Of a DNA stretch of 64,000 nucleotides, positions 1-9,563 are shown piece after piece. The stretch is taken from positions 267,766 to 331,765 of the forward strand of contig CALFMK010000001.1 in NCBI GenBank assembly GCA_937879955.1, in the 5' to 3' direction. This DNA comes from an uncultured bacterium. GTDB taxonomy: Bacteria > Patescibacteriota > Minisyncoccia > Phycocordibacterales > Phycocordibacteraceae. A program made the position numbers and the translations under genes. Each line of letters starts with the position of its first letter. Position 1 is the first letter of the stretch. The notes below the pieces were generated by a model, which saw only the letters and a program-made list of their open reading frames with translations, was not told the origin of the DNA and searched no databases.

Positions 1-110
1 CTTCTTCCTGGTCTGGAGCGGTGCCGTCGTCTTCTTCGCTCTCTTCGAGCTTTTGAAATACTTGAGATACCGACGCTTACCAAGCAATACCTGCGAAATC
101 TAGTACGACT

Positions 111-599
111 ATGAAAAAACGATCATTCTTCGACCGCCTCGGCGGGGTCGCACCGATAGACGACGCATACGACTCCTTCGACGACGATATCCTCCCACCC
201 CAGCCGCGTGGGAGCGTGCAGCAGGCGCAGGTACGCACCTTCGCGACGGTGATCGAGGAGGATCAGACCGAGGGCCAGCTCCCGGTTGACGTGTACCAGA
301 CCCTCAACGAGATCGTAGTGCGCACCTTCGTCGCCGGCGTACGCCCTGACGAGCTCAACGTCTCCATCAGCCGCGACATGGTTGTCATCGAGGGCTCCCG
401 CGACGAGCGCGACTCCGTCGACGACTCCGACTACTTCACCCGCGAGCTCTTCTGGGGATCCTTCTCCCGTACCATCCTCCTCCCGCAGGAAGTCGACGTC
501 GACAACTGCACCGCTGGCGCGAAGGACGGTCTCCTCTCGATCATCATGCCGAAGCTCGACAAGGCGCGCCAGACGAAGCTGCGCGTGAAGGCAGGATAG
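111..599 (+). CDS. Hsp20/alpha-crystallin family small heat-shock protein
   Basis: 162-aa ORF with alpha-crystallin domain pattern (LPVDVYQT..EIVV..AGV.PDEL.V.I..D.VVIEG..; DGLL.I.MPK); followed by hairpin terminator. Confidence 0.8.
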   Translation: MKKRSFFDRLGGVAPIDDAYDSFDDDILPPQPRGSVQQAQVRTFATVIEEDQTEGQLPVDVYQTLNEIVVRTFVAGVRPDELNVSISRDMVVIEGSRDERDSVDDSDYFTRELFWGSFSRTILLPQEVDVDNCTAGAKDGLLSIIMPKLDKARQTKLRVKAG

Positions 600-615
600 A
601 TTCCGTGCGTCATAG

Positions 616-645
616 AAAAGGCCCGGTCTCCCGGGCCTTTTCCTT
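616..645. terminator. bidirectional rho-independent terminator (aaaaGGCCCGG-tctc-CCGGGCCtttt)
   Basis: GC stem flanked by A-run and T-run, between convergent genes 111..599(+) and 644..1723(-). Confidence 0.6.
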
Positions 646-1723
646 ATCTCGTCTCCGTATGCAGGACGGGCGGTACCTTCGCGTGCTCTACCGTGAAGCG
701 TATCTGGCCGATGACCTGCCCGCCCTCGGTCTCAACGCGCACCCGCCATTCCCCCGGAAGCGGGCTCGAGACCTCGGAGTATCCGCGGTACCCCTCGGCA
801 CGTCCGCCGGATATCGGGAACGCGATGCGGCTCTGGGTCACCCAGGCGCCCTTATCGGCGTCGTAGCGCTGCCAGCGGTGCACCACCATCGTACCGAAGC
901 GTATGGGCGCGAATACGGCCGCGAAGGCGTACAGCGGCTCCCCCGGGGCCGTATGGAGCGTCTGCGGCCTGGGGTCGTACCAGGGCTGGTTCGGCTCTGA
1001 GAGGAGCGTATAGGTGCCGTTCGCGGACGATACGGCATGGTATATGCCGCCGTCCTTGAGGGCGAGCGGTATCGGCGGCAGGAGACCCGAGAAGTACGAG
1101 ACCGACATCACGATCACGATGGCGAGGCTCGCGCCGATGATGGGCGTCATGCTCTGTGCGAGCTGCCTCCTCCCTGCCCGGCGCAGAAGGAAGAGGAACA
1201 GCGCGAAGCCGAGTACGGCGAGTCCGGTGCTTCCCGCGAAGATCCACGGACCGAGCTTACCCACGAGGAGCGGCAGCGCGAAGATCGCGTACGCGTAGGC
1301 CGTGAAGAAGAGGAGCACCGCCATGAACGTGAGGCGGTCCTTGTACTTCCGGAACCACTCGTTCCCGACGAATACGAGGAGGAGCAGTACCAGGAACGGC
1401 CAGGAGACGCCGAGTACCGAGCTCTTCGTGTAGAAGATGAGGAAGCCGGAGAGCAGGTTGCCGATGAGGTACTGCGCGGCGAGCGGCAGTATCACGGTCA
1501 CCGAGCGCTTCCAGACCGCCTTCGCGTCGTGCCACGGCGCGGTGAGGTGCCCGAGGAACACGCACAATGCGGCGAGTCCGAGATAGGCAGCGAACACCAG
1601 GTTCACGAGCGATATATCGAGGAGCGTGAACGTGAGGACGTCGGTTATGAAGCCGCCGAAGAACACGAGGGCGCCGAGGTGCCGCTCGTTCCGCTGCGCC
1701 CATGCGAGGACCTTCCGTACCAT
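644..1723 (-). CDS. polytopic membrane protein with C-terminal soluble domain (hypothetical)
   Basis: 359-aa ORF, multiple hydrophobic helices in N-terminal 2/3, consistent codon bias; no recognisable catalytic motif. Confidence 0.55.
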   Translation of the reverse strand: MVRKVLAWAQRNERHLGALVFFGGFITDVLTFTLLDISLVNLVFAAYLGLAALCVFLGHLTAPWHDAKAVWKRSVTVILPLAAQYLIGNLLSGFLIFYTKSSVLGVSWPFLVLLLLVFVGNEWFRKYKDRLTFMAVLLFFTAYAYAIFALPLLVGKLGPWIFAGSTGLAVLGFALFLFLLRRAGRRQLAQSMTPIIGASLAIVIVMSVSYFSGLLPPIPLALKDGGIYHAVSSANGTYTLLSEPNQPWYDPRPQTLHTAPGEPLYAFAAVFAPIRFGTMVVHRWQRYDADKGAWVTQSRIAFPISGGRAEGYRGYSEVSSPLPGEWRVRVETEGGQVIGQIRFTVEHAKVPPVLHTETR

Positions 1724-1759
1724 CCCTTAACTATACGCCACGCCGGCGTCGATTTTGTG

Positions 1760-1832
1760 TGCTTGGACCCGGGCTCGAACCGGGGACCCCACCCTCTTCA
1801 GGGGTGTGCTCTACCAACTGAGCTATCCAAGC
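1760..1832 (-). tRNA. tRNA-Phe (anticodon GAA)
   Basis: cloverleaf on reverse strand: GCTTGGATAGCTCAGTTGGTAGAGCACACCCCTGAAGAGGGTG..GGTTCGAGCCCGGGTCCAAGCA; anticodon loop CTGAAGA; no encoded CCA. Confidence 0.85.
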
Positions 1833-1881
1833 GATACGCAGACTTTACCATACCGCCCCGCCTTTTTCACCCTCCCTGATT

Positions 1882-2193
1882 CTACTGGGTGAGCTCCCGG
1901 TACTGCTGCATGAGGTCGCTCACCTGCTCGGCCGACGGGAGCCCGAAGAGGCCTGGCTTCAGGTTCTCGCCCGTAGGGGCGGCGCCCGAAAACGCGCTCA
2001 TGAGCGGCCCGATGTAGGTCGAAAGGAAGAAGAGCGGTACGCCGAGGACGACGAGCCACAGGACCACCTTCGCCACCAGTCCGAGGATGGCGTTGCGGCG
2101 CATCTCGCGCAGAAGGCGGTTATTGTCCTTGGCGACGGCCAGATTCTCCTCGAGGAGCTTCTTCAGGTCTTCGTGCTCTGTGGTCGGGGGCAT
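1882..2193 (-). CDS. small membrane protein (hypothetical)
   Basis: 103-aa ORF with one central TM helix, sits between two tRNA genes on same strand. Confidence 0.4.
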   Translation of the reverse strand: MPPTTEHEDLKKLLEENLAVAKDNNRLLREMRRNAILGLVAKVVLWLVVLGVPLFFLSTYIGPLMSAFSGAAPTGENLKPGLFGLPSAEQVSDLMQQYRELTQ

Positions 2194-2216
2194 GGGGTAC
2201 CAGGATTATAGCATTG

Positions 2217-2289
2217 CATGCCCTCGCCAGGAGTCGGACCTGGATCTGAGGTTTAGGAAACCTCCGTTCTATCCATTGAACTACGAGAG
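2217..2289 (-). tRNA. tRNA-Arg (anticodon CCT)
   Basis: reverse-strand cloverleaf GCTCTCGTAGTTCAATGGATAGAACGGAGGTTTCCTAAACCTCAG..GGTCCGACTCCTGGCGAGGGCA; anticodon stem GAGGT/ACCTC, loop TTCCTAA. Confidence 0.8.
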
Positions 2290-2306
2290 CGTATCGAGAG
2301 ATTAAC

Positions 2307-2339
2307 ACAAAACCCGCGGCCATACAGGCCGCGGGTTTT
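2307..2339. terminator. bidirectional intrinsic terminator (aaaACCCGCGGCC-ataca-GGCCGCGGGTtttt)
   Basis: 10-bp perfect GC stem flanked by A and T runs, immediately downstream of the glutaredoxin-like gene stop. Confidence 0.7.
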
Positions 2340-2353
2340 GTGAGGATACCCGC

Positions 2354-2611
2354 TTACGCAGCGACCGGCGTGCCGCCGAGCCCGAGGAGCTCGACGAACT
2401 TGTTCTTGTCGAATCCGATGACCATGTCGTCCCCGATGAACACGACCGGAACGCCCATCTGGCCGCTCTTGTCGATCATCTCCTGGCGCTTCTCCATGTC
2501 GTTCGCGACGTTGTACTCGGTGTACGCGACGTTGTTCTCCTTGAAGAACTCCTTGCTCATCTGGCAGAAGTGGCAGGTCGGCGTGGTGTAAATGGTGACG
2601 GTCTTGTCCAT
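2354..2611 (-). CDS. glutaredoxin-like protein (NrdH/Grx family, CHFC active site)
   Basis: 85-aa ORF; thioredoxin-fold motif TCHFC near N-terminus and GVPVVFIGD..IGF pattern. Confidence 0.8.
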   Translation of the reverse strand: MDKTVTIYTTPTCHFCQMSKEFFKENNVAYTEYNVANDMEKRQEMIDKSGQMGVPVVFIGDDMVIGFDKNKFVELLGLGGTPVAA

Positions 2612-2655
2612 GGTGATTATCGTTAGCGTACGGTGATTATAGCATTTTTACCCGG

Positions 2656-2726
2656 TGCGGAATACGAGAATCGAACTCGTGCCTAGTGCTTGGGAAGCAC
2701 TCATTCTGCCACTAAACTAATTCCGC
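2656..2726 (-). tRNA. tRNA-Gly (anticodon CCC)
   Basis: reverse-strand cloverleaf GCGGAATTAGTTTAGTGGCAGAATGAGTGCTTCCCAAGCACT..CGAGTTCGATTCTCGTATTCCGCA; anticodon stem AGTGC/GCACT, loop TTCCCAA. Confidence 0.8.
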
Positions 2727-2737
2727 GCTGCTGGGGA

Positions 2738-3112
2738 TTACCAGATCCCGAAGAATCCGAGGAACCGCCGGTACCACGGGAGCTTCGGGTCGAGCCCGTC
2801 GTCCTTGGGCGGTACGACGATGATAACCTCCTCCCCGGACTTCGCAACGCCGTGGTTCTGGCGCAGGGTGGCCTCCTGGCCGCGATCGCTCCCGAGCTCG
2901 GCCACGTTAGCCTCGAAGACCGCCTTGCGCTCGTTCAGGATCGCGAGCTCGGCCTTGCGCTCCTCCACCGCCCGGCGCGCGACCTCCTCCTTGCGGGCGA
3001 GGCCCCATACCGCCCACGCGAGTATCAGTACGACGAGGAGAAGCGCTCCTGCGAGCGCGTACTCGCGGACCTGCTTCGCCTGCTGCTGTCTCGACGTGCG
3101 TGGCATCGGCAC
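2738..3112 (-). CDS. septum formation initiator-like protein (FtsB/DivIC family: TM plus coiled coil)
   Basis: 124-aa ORF; N-terminal TM helix followed by heptad-rich segment (ERKAELAILNERKAVFEANVAEL). Confidence 0.55.
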   Translation of the reverse strand: MPMPRTSRQQQAKQVREYALAGALLLVVLILAWAVWGLARKEEVARRAVEERKAELAILNERKAVFEANVAELGSDRGQEATLRQNHGVAKSGEEVIIVVPPKDDGLDPKLPWYRRFLGFFGIW

Positions 3113-3128
3113 AGTATAGCAACCGGGA

Positions 3129-4916
3129 CTAGCGCTCGGAATCCTGCACCATCTTCATGAACACGTCCTGCGGGATGTCCATCTTCGCGTGCGCACCGCG
3201 TCGTGCCTTGCCCTTCTTCTGCTTCTCGAGGAGCTTCATCTTGCGGGTGATGTCGCCGCCGTAGAGGTATCCCGTGACGTCCTTGCGGAACGCGGAGATC
3301 GAGCGGGACGCTACGATGCGGCCGAGCGCGTGCGCCTGGATCTTGAGCACGAACATCTGGCGCGGGAGGATCTCATGGAGCTTCTCCACCATGCGCTCGC
3401 CCTCCTCGACGACGCGGCGGCGGGATACCACGCGCGCGAATGCCGGGACCGGCTCCTCCGCGACGTAGATCTCGAGCTTCACGACGTCCGCCGGGCGCTC
3501 GTCCAGGAACTCGTACGAGAGGGACGCGTAGCCGGAGGAGGCGTTCTTCACCTTGTCGAAGAAGCCGCGCATAAGCTCTCGGAGCGGCATCTCGACCCGG
3601 AGCTCGATGCGGCCGTCGAGATGCGTCTCGGTCTCGCGCACGTCGCCCTCGTGGTCATGGAAGAGCTGGATCATGTTCGAGAGGTACTCGGGCGGCGCGA
3701 TGAGGACCACCTTCACCCACGGCTCCTCGACCTTCTCCGTCTCGCCGAACGCCGGGAACTTCGACGGCGTGTACACGACCTCCCGTACCCCGCGCTTGTC
3801 CGTGACGGTGTAGGCGATGGTCGGGATGGTGACCACGAGCTCGAGATTGAACTCGCGCTTCAGGCGCTCGATGATGATCTCGAGATGGAGCATGCCGAGG
3901 AAGCCGCAGCGGAAGCCGCGCCCGAGCATGCCGGAGGACTCCTCCTCGAACGCGAGCGAGGAATCCGAGAGGCGCAGGCGCTCGAGCGACTGCCGGAGCT
4001 CCGTGAGGTCGTCCTGGCTCTCCGGATAGACCGAGGCCCAGACCACCGGGCGCGGACGATCGAAGCCCGGGAGACCCTCCGTGGACCCCGCGTTCGCGAT
4101 GACCGTGTCTCCCACGTTCACGATGCCCGCCTCCTTCACGCCCGTCACGATGTAGCCGATCTCGCCGGCCGCAAGCTTATCCGTCACGATCTCGTCGGGC
4201 ATGAAGATGCCGGTCTCGAGCGCCGTGAAGCGCTCGCCCGCGGCCGCGAAGCGGAGCACGTCCCCTTTCTTGAACTCGCCGTCGAAGATGCGGGCGAAGA
4301 CCGTGATGCCGCGGTGCGTGGAGTACGAGAAGTCGAAGATGAGCGCGCGCGGGCCGCCCGTAGAAGGCCGCGGCGCCGGCACGCGCTCGACGATGGCCTC
4401 GAGGAGCTCCATCACCCCCTCGCCCGTCCTGCCCGAGACCTTGAGGACCGTATCGGGGTCTATCGTGAGGAGCTCCGCGAGTTCGAGCGACACGTCGTCC
4501 ACCCGGGACGCGACCGAGTCGATCTTCGAGAGTACCGGGATGATGACGCAGCCTGCGTCCTTGGCCATCTGGAGCGTCGTGAGCGTCTGCGCCTGGACGC
4601 CCTGCGTCGAGTCCACGAGCAGGATCACGCCCTCTACGGCCGAGAGAGCGCGCGACACCTCGTACGAGAAATCGATGTGCCCGGGCGTATCGATGAGGTT
4701 CAGGACGTACTCGGTCCCGTCCTTCCCGGTGTACTTCATCCTTGCAGGCTGCATCTTGATGGTGATGCCGCGCTCGCGCTCGAGGTCCATCTTGTCGAGG
4801 ACCTGATCGCGCATCTTCCGGGCCTCGATCGTGCCGGTACGCTCAAGGAGCCGGTCCGCGAGGGTCGACTTTCCATGATCGATGTGAGCGATGATGCTGA
4901 AGTTACGTATGTTCAT
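3129..4916 (-). CDS. lepA: elongation factor 4 (LepA)
   Basis: 595 aa; N-terminus MNIRNFSIIAHIDHGKSTLADRLL.., G-domain motifs, C-terminal LepA signature ..YGGDITRKMKLLEKQKKGK. Confidence 0.95.
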   Translation of the reverse strand: MNIRNFSIIAHIDHGKSTLADRLLERTGTIEARKMRDQVLDKMDLERERGITIKMQPARMKYTGKDGTEYVLNLIDTPGHIDFSYEVSRALSAVEGVILLVDSTQGVQAQTLTTLQMAKDAGCVIIPVLSKIDSVASRVDDVSLELAELLTIDPDTVLKVSGRTGEGVMELLEAIVERVPAPRPSTGGPRALIFDFSYSTHRGITVFARIFDGEFKKGDVLRFAAAGERFTALETGIFMPDEIVTDKLAAGEIGYIVTGVKEAGIVNVGDTVIANAGSTEGLPGFDRPRPVVWASVYPESQDDLTELRQSLERLRLSDSSLAFEEESSGMLGRGFRCGFLGMLHLEIIIERLKREFNLELVVTIPTIAYTVTDKRGVREVVYTPSKFPAFGETEKVEEPWVKVVLIAPPEYLSNMIQLFHDHEGDVRETETHLDGRIELRVEMPLRELMRGFFDKVKNASSGYASLSYEFLDERPADVVKLEIYVAEEPVPAFARVVSRRRVVEEGERMVEKLHEILPRQMFVLKIQAHALGRIVASRSISAFRKDVTGYLYGGDITRKMKLLEKQKKGKARRGAHAKMDIPQDVFMKMVQDSER

Positions 4917-4952
4917 GAGTTCGAAAAGCGCACCGATAGCCCAAGGAAGGCC

Positions 4953-6635
4953 CTAGGAATCTCCGTGATCCGAAAGGACGGCGCCGGAGGGCTTGAGGGC
5001 GGTGGACGGCTTGAGACGCTTCAGGGAATCGGCGAGGTCGCTGAATTCCTTGTTCGCAAGGAGGGCCAGGACCGCGCCGGCGACCGCTAGACCCACCATA
5101 CCAGCGACGAAGGCCTCCGTGAAGACGACGAGGAGCGTGGTCGCCGGAGCGAGGTTCCCGGTGAAGGAGAGGACGCCGTAGCTCGCGGCCCCTCCGAGGA
5201 TGGCTGCGGCCGCCCCCTCGAACATGGGGCGGAGCAAGGAGCGCGCCACGCCCGGCGCAACCGTCCGGAGCGTCACGAGCGCGAGGATGCCGGTCGCGAC
5301 CGAGCCGAGCATGCTCCCTATCGCGATGAGGAGCACATCGCTACCTGGCACGTCCTCGACGCGCAGCAAGGCCTCCACGAAGTAGCGGACGTCCGGATAC
5401 GCGTGCGCGAGCATGAGGAGACCGCCTGCTGCGATGACCGATACCAGGAGCCCTGCCACCTGGATCACGAGCGGGTTCCAGGACTTCTTCGCGGCATAGA
5501 ACGCGCGGGACGCGAGCAGCACGATCCCCTGCGCCATGAGGCCGAGCACGAGGATGGCGAGGATGGCTGCCGTGAGCCTCGTCGCGTCCCAGTCGAACGC
5601 GCCCGACCCGAGCACGATGCGCACGAGATGCGCGCGCATCACGAGGATCAGCACGGAGAGGATCGCGGACCAGAACACGATGTGGCGCGCGGCGGCCGAG
5701 AGAGTCGCCTTGAACGCCTCGTACTTCTTCGCTTCCATGCTCTCGGCGAGCACCGGGAACGCCGCGGTGGCATAGGAGGCTGCGATCAAGGAGAGCGGCA
5801 CGCCCTGCAGGTTCGACGCGAGCGAGAGCACGGAGATAGAGCCTTCGCCGGTGCGCGCCGCCATGATGGTGAGGATGAGCGCCGTCACCGAGCCCATCGC
5901 GAGCGCGAGCGAACGCGGCACCGAGTCCCGCATCACGTCCCACAGGAGCTTCGGGTCCGGCACGACCAGCCGCGGGAGGAGCTTCTCCTCCGCGAGCACG
6001 GGGATGTGGATCAGGAGATGCGCCAAGGCGCCGCCGAGCACGCCGATGCCGATACCCGGAAGCCCGTAGAGCGGATAGAGGAAGGCCGTGCCGAGGATGA
6101 TGCCGAGGTTGTAGAGCACCGGGGAGAGCGCGAAGAGGAAGAAGCGGCGGCGGACCTGCGTCACGCTCGTCGCGATCCCGGAGAGCCCGAGCAGGATCGG
6201 CTGCAGGAGGAGAATGCGCGCGAGCAGCACGAACCCGTCCGCGTTCGGAGACCCTATCGCTGCCGGGAACAATACGAAGAGGAAGCGCGGCGCGAGGATC
6301 GCGAGCACGAGGCAGAGCACGCCCGCCCCGATGAAGAGGAAGGACGCGGTCTGCGATATGAGCTGCTGGGACTCCTTCCGGTTCCCTCCTGCGATGCGCG
6401 GGATGAGGACGTACGCGGAGACGAGCGACGCCACGAGCGCGAACACGAGGTCCGGCACCTTGAAGGCGGCGTAGTACAGGTCCAGCACGTCGCCAGCGCC
6501 GAAGCTGTGCGCGAAGAGGCGGTCACGCAAGAGCGCCAGGGCCTGCGCCGCGAGCGTAAGGCCGGCGAGCAGGTACGCGGCCTGATGGAGGCCGCGTACC
6601 GGCGCCGTGAGCGAGCTGAGTATCTTGCGTACCAT
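4953..6635 (-). CDS. murJ: murein biosynthesis flippase MurJ (MviN family)
   Basis: 560 aa, ~14 TM helices, MurJ-like N-terminal region (..LYYAAFKVPDL..). Confidence 0.85.
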   Translation of the reverse strand: MVRKILSSLTAPVRGLHQAAYLLAGLTLAAQALALLRDRLFAHSFGAGDVLDLYYAAFKVPDLVFALVASLVSAYVLIPRIAGGNRKESQQLISQTASFLFIGAGVLCLVLAILAPRFLFVLFPAAIGSPNADGFVLLARILLLQPILLGLSGIATSVTQVRRRFFLFALSPVLYNLGIILGTAFLYPLYGLPGIGIGVLGGALAHLLIHIPVLAEEKLLPRLVVPDPKLLWDVMRDSVPRSLALAMGSVTALILTIMAARTGEGSISVLSLASNLQGVPLSLIAASYATAAFPVLAESMEAKKYEAFKATLSAAARHIVFWSAILSVLILVMRAHLVRIVLGSGAFDWDATRLTAAILAILVLGLMAQGIVLLASRAFYAAKKSWNPLVIQVAGLLVSVIAAGGLLMLAHAYPDVRYFVEALLRVEDVPGSDVLLIAIGSMLGSVATGILALVTLRTVAPGVARSLLRPMFEGAAAAILGGAASYGVLSFTGNLAPATTLLVVFTEAFVAGMVGLAVAGAVLALLANKEFSDLADSLKRLKPSTALKPSGAVLSDHGDS

Positions 6636-6651
6636 GCGCCCTTAGGAGAAC

Positions 6652-9126
6652 CTAGCGAACGGCGCCTGACGTTGCGCCCTCCGCCAGCGGCGCCTGCGGG
6701 ATGCCGAGGGCGCCGAGGCGAGACGGCGGGAACGGATTCTTCCCGGCGCGCACGCTCGCGAGGTCGTCGGCGACGGCGGCCGCGTTCTCTGGCGAGAGCG
6801 CGCCGACCTGCTCGAGCTCGTTCGCCGCTTCAGGGTACCTGCCCGTGATGGCGTACATCACGCCGAGGAAGAAGCGTGCGTTCGCGTATTGCGGGTTGAG
6901 CTCCACCGAACGCGCGAGAGCCTCTATGGCGCCCGCGTTGTTCCCGTTCGCCGAGCGCAGGATACCGACCTGGAAGAGCACGGTCGGGTCGTTCGGCGCG
7001 AAGTACGCCGCCGCTTCCGCCGCCTCGAGCGCCTCGCGGGCCCTGCCCTGCTCCACCTCGAGCTGCGAGAGGAGGAAGATGGCCTGCGTGTAGTCGCGCT
7101 TCAGCGTGATGGCCTGCATGAGGCTCGCGGACGCCGCGGCAGCGTCGCCGTGCGCGATCTCGAGCTGCGCCACGACGTACGGCAGGATCGGGCTCGTCGG
7201 GTTCAGGGAGATGGCCTGCTCGTACGCGGTCTTCGCGTTCTCGTACGCGCCTTCGATCTTGAGCGGCACCACGGTCTGATAGACGGTGCCGAGCACGGAC
7301 CAGTTCTGGTAGTCGTTCGGGCCGAGACGGGTCGCGGTGAGCGCGGCCTCGATGGATCCCGAGAGCGCGGCCTGGAAGCGGGACTGCGCGTCTGCCTGCG
7401 CGGCTGAGGTATCGGCGGCGATCTGGTTCATGCGCGCGATGCCGATGCCGGCGAGGAGCTGATAGGCACGATCGCTCGGCGCGAACATGATGGAACGCTG
7501 CGCCGCATCCGTCGCCGATTCGATGTCGCCTGCGGAGAGCGCGTTCGAGGCCTCTGCATACGCGACGCTCGAGAGATAGCGCTCGACCACGACGTATCCG
7601 CTCATGATCGAGGCGAGGAGGAGGAGCGTGAGCATGAACACGACGACGAAGCCGATGCGCGGGCTGCGCGCGAAGATGATGCCGAGCTCGCGCGCATCCT
7701 TGCCGTGGCGCAGGGACGAGATGAAGATGCCGAGCAAGAGGAACCCGGCGACGAGGACCATAGGCCCCGGTACCGAGAAGACGGCGAGCGCGATGACGTA
7801 GAGCGCGCCAACGAACGACGCCGTGGACACGAAGCGCACGAACGGGTCCTGCGGCACGCGCGTGAAGAGCGCGCGGAGCCCGAAGAAGAGGAAGAGCATG
7901 ACGAACGCGACCCACGCGAGGGCGCCCACGAGGCCGGTCGTGACGAACGAGGTCGGGATGCTGCCGATGCCCGCCGCGAAGTCCACGTTCCAGAAGAGCG
8001 TGTCGTTCAGGCTGCGGTCGCGGAACTTCACCCACTGCTCGCTGAACGTGCCCGGACCCGAGCCGAAGAGCGGCGAGGAGGCGTAGGTATGACTTCCCAC
8101 GTCGAAGGTGGACTGCCATGACGGGCGCACGTCGATGACGGATACGCCCATGCTCGACGCGAGCGCGTTGCCGAGCGTCGACCCGCCGACGAGGAAGAAG
8201 AGCGCGATGGCGAGCGTCGCGAGCGGCACGGCGAGAGGACGAGACGCGCCTGGCTGGTCATCCGTATCCTCCGCGAGAAGGAGCGCCACACCGTCGAGGT
8301 CGGCCTCGTCGCCGGACGCCCTGCGATGCATGATCGCCTCGATGAAGAGCGCGAGCGCGACGAGCGCGACGAGCGACCACACGAGCACGGAGTTCACGAG
8401 CGCGATGAGGAAGAGCGCGATGGCGCCGAACACCGTGATGAGCATGCGGCTCTTCGGCGCGAGCGGGAGCAGCCGGAGAGCGAGCAGGCCGACGGATACG
8501 CCAAGACCGAGGAACATGCCGAGATCGAGGAAGGAGCCGACGAGGTTAGTGGTCGGGGCGATGAGGGCGGGCATCACGCGCCCGACTATCGCCACGAGGA
8601 CCTGGATCGCCGCTACGGCGCCCGTGATCACCGCGGCTGCACGGAAGAAGAGCGCGTAGCTGTCCGCGCGCCGGAACGCGAGCGCGGTGAGGGTCGCGAG
8701 CGCGGAAAGGAGCAGGATGAAGCCGAACGTATCGGTCTCGAGCTCGGTCCCGAAGAACGACGCGCCGATCCCTGCGCCAGAGAAGAGCGAGGAGAGGAGG
8801 TACGCCGCCGGCACGATCCAGAGCGACGCGAGGAGCGGGAACGGCGGGACGATGACGTTGCCGCGCGACAGGCGCGCGAGGATGAAGAGCGCGAGCGTCA
8901 CGAGCGCGCCGAGCGCGAGCACCGTGACCTTGGTGTAGAGGAACGGGATGGTCTGCGACGGGATCAGGGCGACAACGCCGAGCGCGAACGTCGCGATGAT
9001 GGCCCAGTTCGTCGCCAGGTCGAACGAGAAGCGCTTCGAGCTCGCCAGGGCGGCAGTGTGATGGTTCTCTTGCATAGATAAAGATGAAACGGCCCTTCTA
9101 ATACGGAACAGTATAGCCCGCCCCAT
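6652..9126 (-). CDS. O-antigen ligase-like (Wzy_C) polytopic membrane protein with C-terminal TPR repeats
   Basis: 824 aa; ~12 TM helices in N-terminal 500 aa, then TPR-like repeats (AYENAKTAYEQAISLNP.., EALEAAEAAAYFAPNDP..). Confidence 0.7.
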   Translation of the reverse strand: MGRAILFRIRRAVSSLSMQENHHTAALASSKRFSFDLATNWAIIATFALGVVALIPSQTIPFLYTKVTVLALGALVTLALFILARLSRGNVIVPPFPLLASLWIVPAAYLLSSLFSGAGIGASFFGTELETDTFGFILLLSALATLTALAFRRADSYALFFRAAAVITGAVAAIQVLVAIVGRVMPALIAPTTNLVGSFLDLGMFLGLGVSVGLLALRLLPLAPKSRMLITVFGAIALFLIALVNSVLVWSLVALVALALFIEAIMHRRASGDEADLDGVALLLAEDTDDQPGASRPLAVPLATLAIALFFLVGGSTLGNALASSMGVSVIDVRPSWQSTFDVGSHTYASSPLFGSGPGTFSEQWVKFRDRSLNDTLFWNVDFAAGIGSIPTSFVTTGLVGALAWVAFVMLFLFFGLRALFTRVPQDPFVRFVSTASFVGALYVIALAVFSVPGPMVLVAGFLLLGIFISSLRHGKDARELGIIFARSPRIGFVVVFMLTLLLLASIMSGYVVVERYLSSVAYAEASNALSAGDIESATDAAQRSIMFAPSDRAYQLLAGIGIARMNQIAADTSAAQADAQSRFQAALSGSIEAALTATRLGPNDYQNWSVLGTVYQTVVPLKIEGAYENAKTAYEQAISLNPTSPILPYVVAQLEIAHGDAAAASASLMQAITLKRDYTQAIFLLSQLEVEQGRAREALEAAEAAAYFAPNDPTVLFQVGILRSANGNNAGAIEALARSVELNPQYANARFFLGVMYAITGRYPEAANELEQVGALSPENAAAVADDLASVRAGKNPFPPSRLGALGIPQAPLAEGATSGAVR

Positions 9127-9203
9127 CTCGCCCCCTTCCCGCGTCTGTGGACGGGAGGGGCCGCATTCATTGCGATTATGAGAATATGTCGTATTATAAA
9201 TAC

Positions 9204-9521
9204 GGACCGGGCCTGACGACCGCCCTGCCCTTCACGGGACCAGGGAGGAAAGTCCGGACACAGGCGGCAGCGATGCCGCAGAACGGTAGCGGGTAACGCC
9301 CGTCCGCAGCGATGCGCGAGGTGCGAACAGAAACGCTCAATGCCGAAAGGCGAGAGATTCTCTCCGGAGAATGGGCTGGCAGCGATGCCAGACTGAAACG
9401 GCTAAATCCTTACCTCTGTGCAAGGCCGTGCCCAGCAATGGGAGCGCCGCTCGAGGGCATCGGCAACGATGCTCCCAGATAGATGGTCGTCCCCGACAGA
9501 ATCCGGCTTATGACCCGGTCC
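9204..9521 (+). ncRNA. rnpB: RNase P RNA (bacterial type A, compact ~318 nt)
   Basis: P1 pairing GGACCGGGC...GCCCGGUCC; universally conserved P4/CR-I AGGGAGGAAAGUCCGGAC and CR-V ACAGAAUCCGGCUUA; TATTATAAAT -10-like box just upstream; hairpin terminator downstream. Confidence 0.8.
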
Positions 9522-9530
9522 TACATACTG

Positions 9531-9558
9531 AAAGAACCCGCGCGAGCGGGTTCTTTCA
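9531..9558. terminator. bidirectional intrinsic terminator (GAAAGAACCCGC-gcga-GCGGGTTCTTTC)
   Basis: 12-bp stem between rnpB 3' end (+) and stop of DUF192 gene (-). Confidence 0.7.
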
Positions 9559-9563
9559 TTTCT

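Noticed and set aside
3189-5090. 633-aa + strand ORF antisense to lepA; the same applies to 5403..6848(+), 6830..8119(-), 8326..9081(+), 15663..17237(-), 17450..19387(-), 29327..30742(+), 31133..32857(+), 35035..36468(+), 38130..39683(-), 39684..42788(-), 43730..44653(+) and 50531..51853(+)
   Set aside because: These are high-GC antisense or off-frame artefacts. Their translations are low-complexity Arg/Asp/Glu/His-rich strings with no domain pattern, and the opposite strand or alternative frame encodes a clearly recognisable conserved protein.
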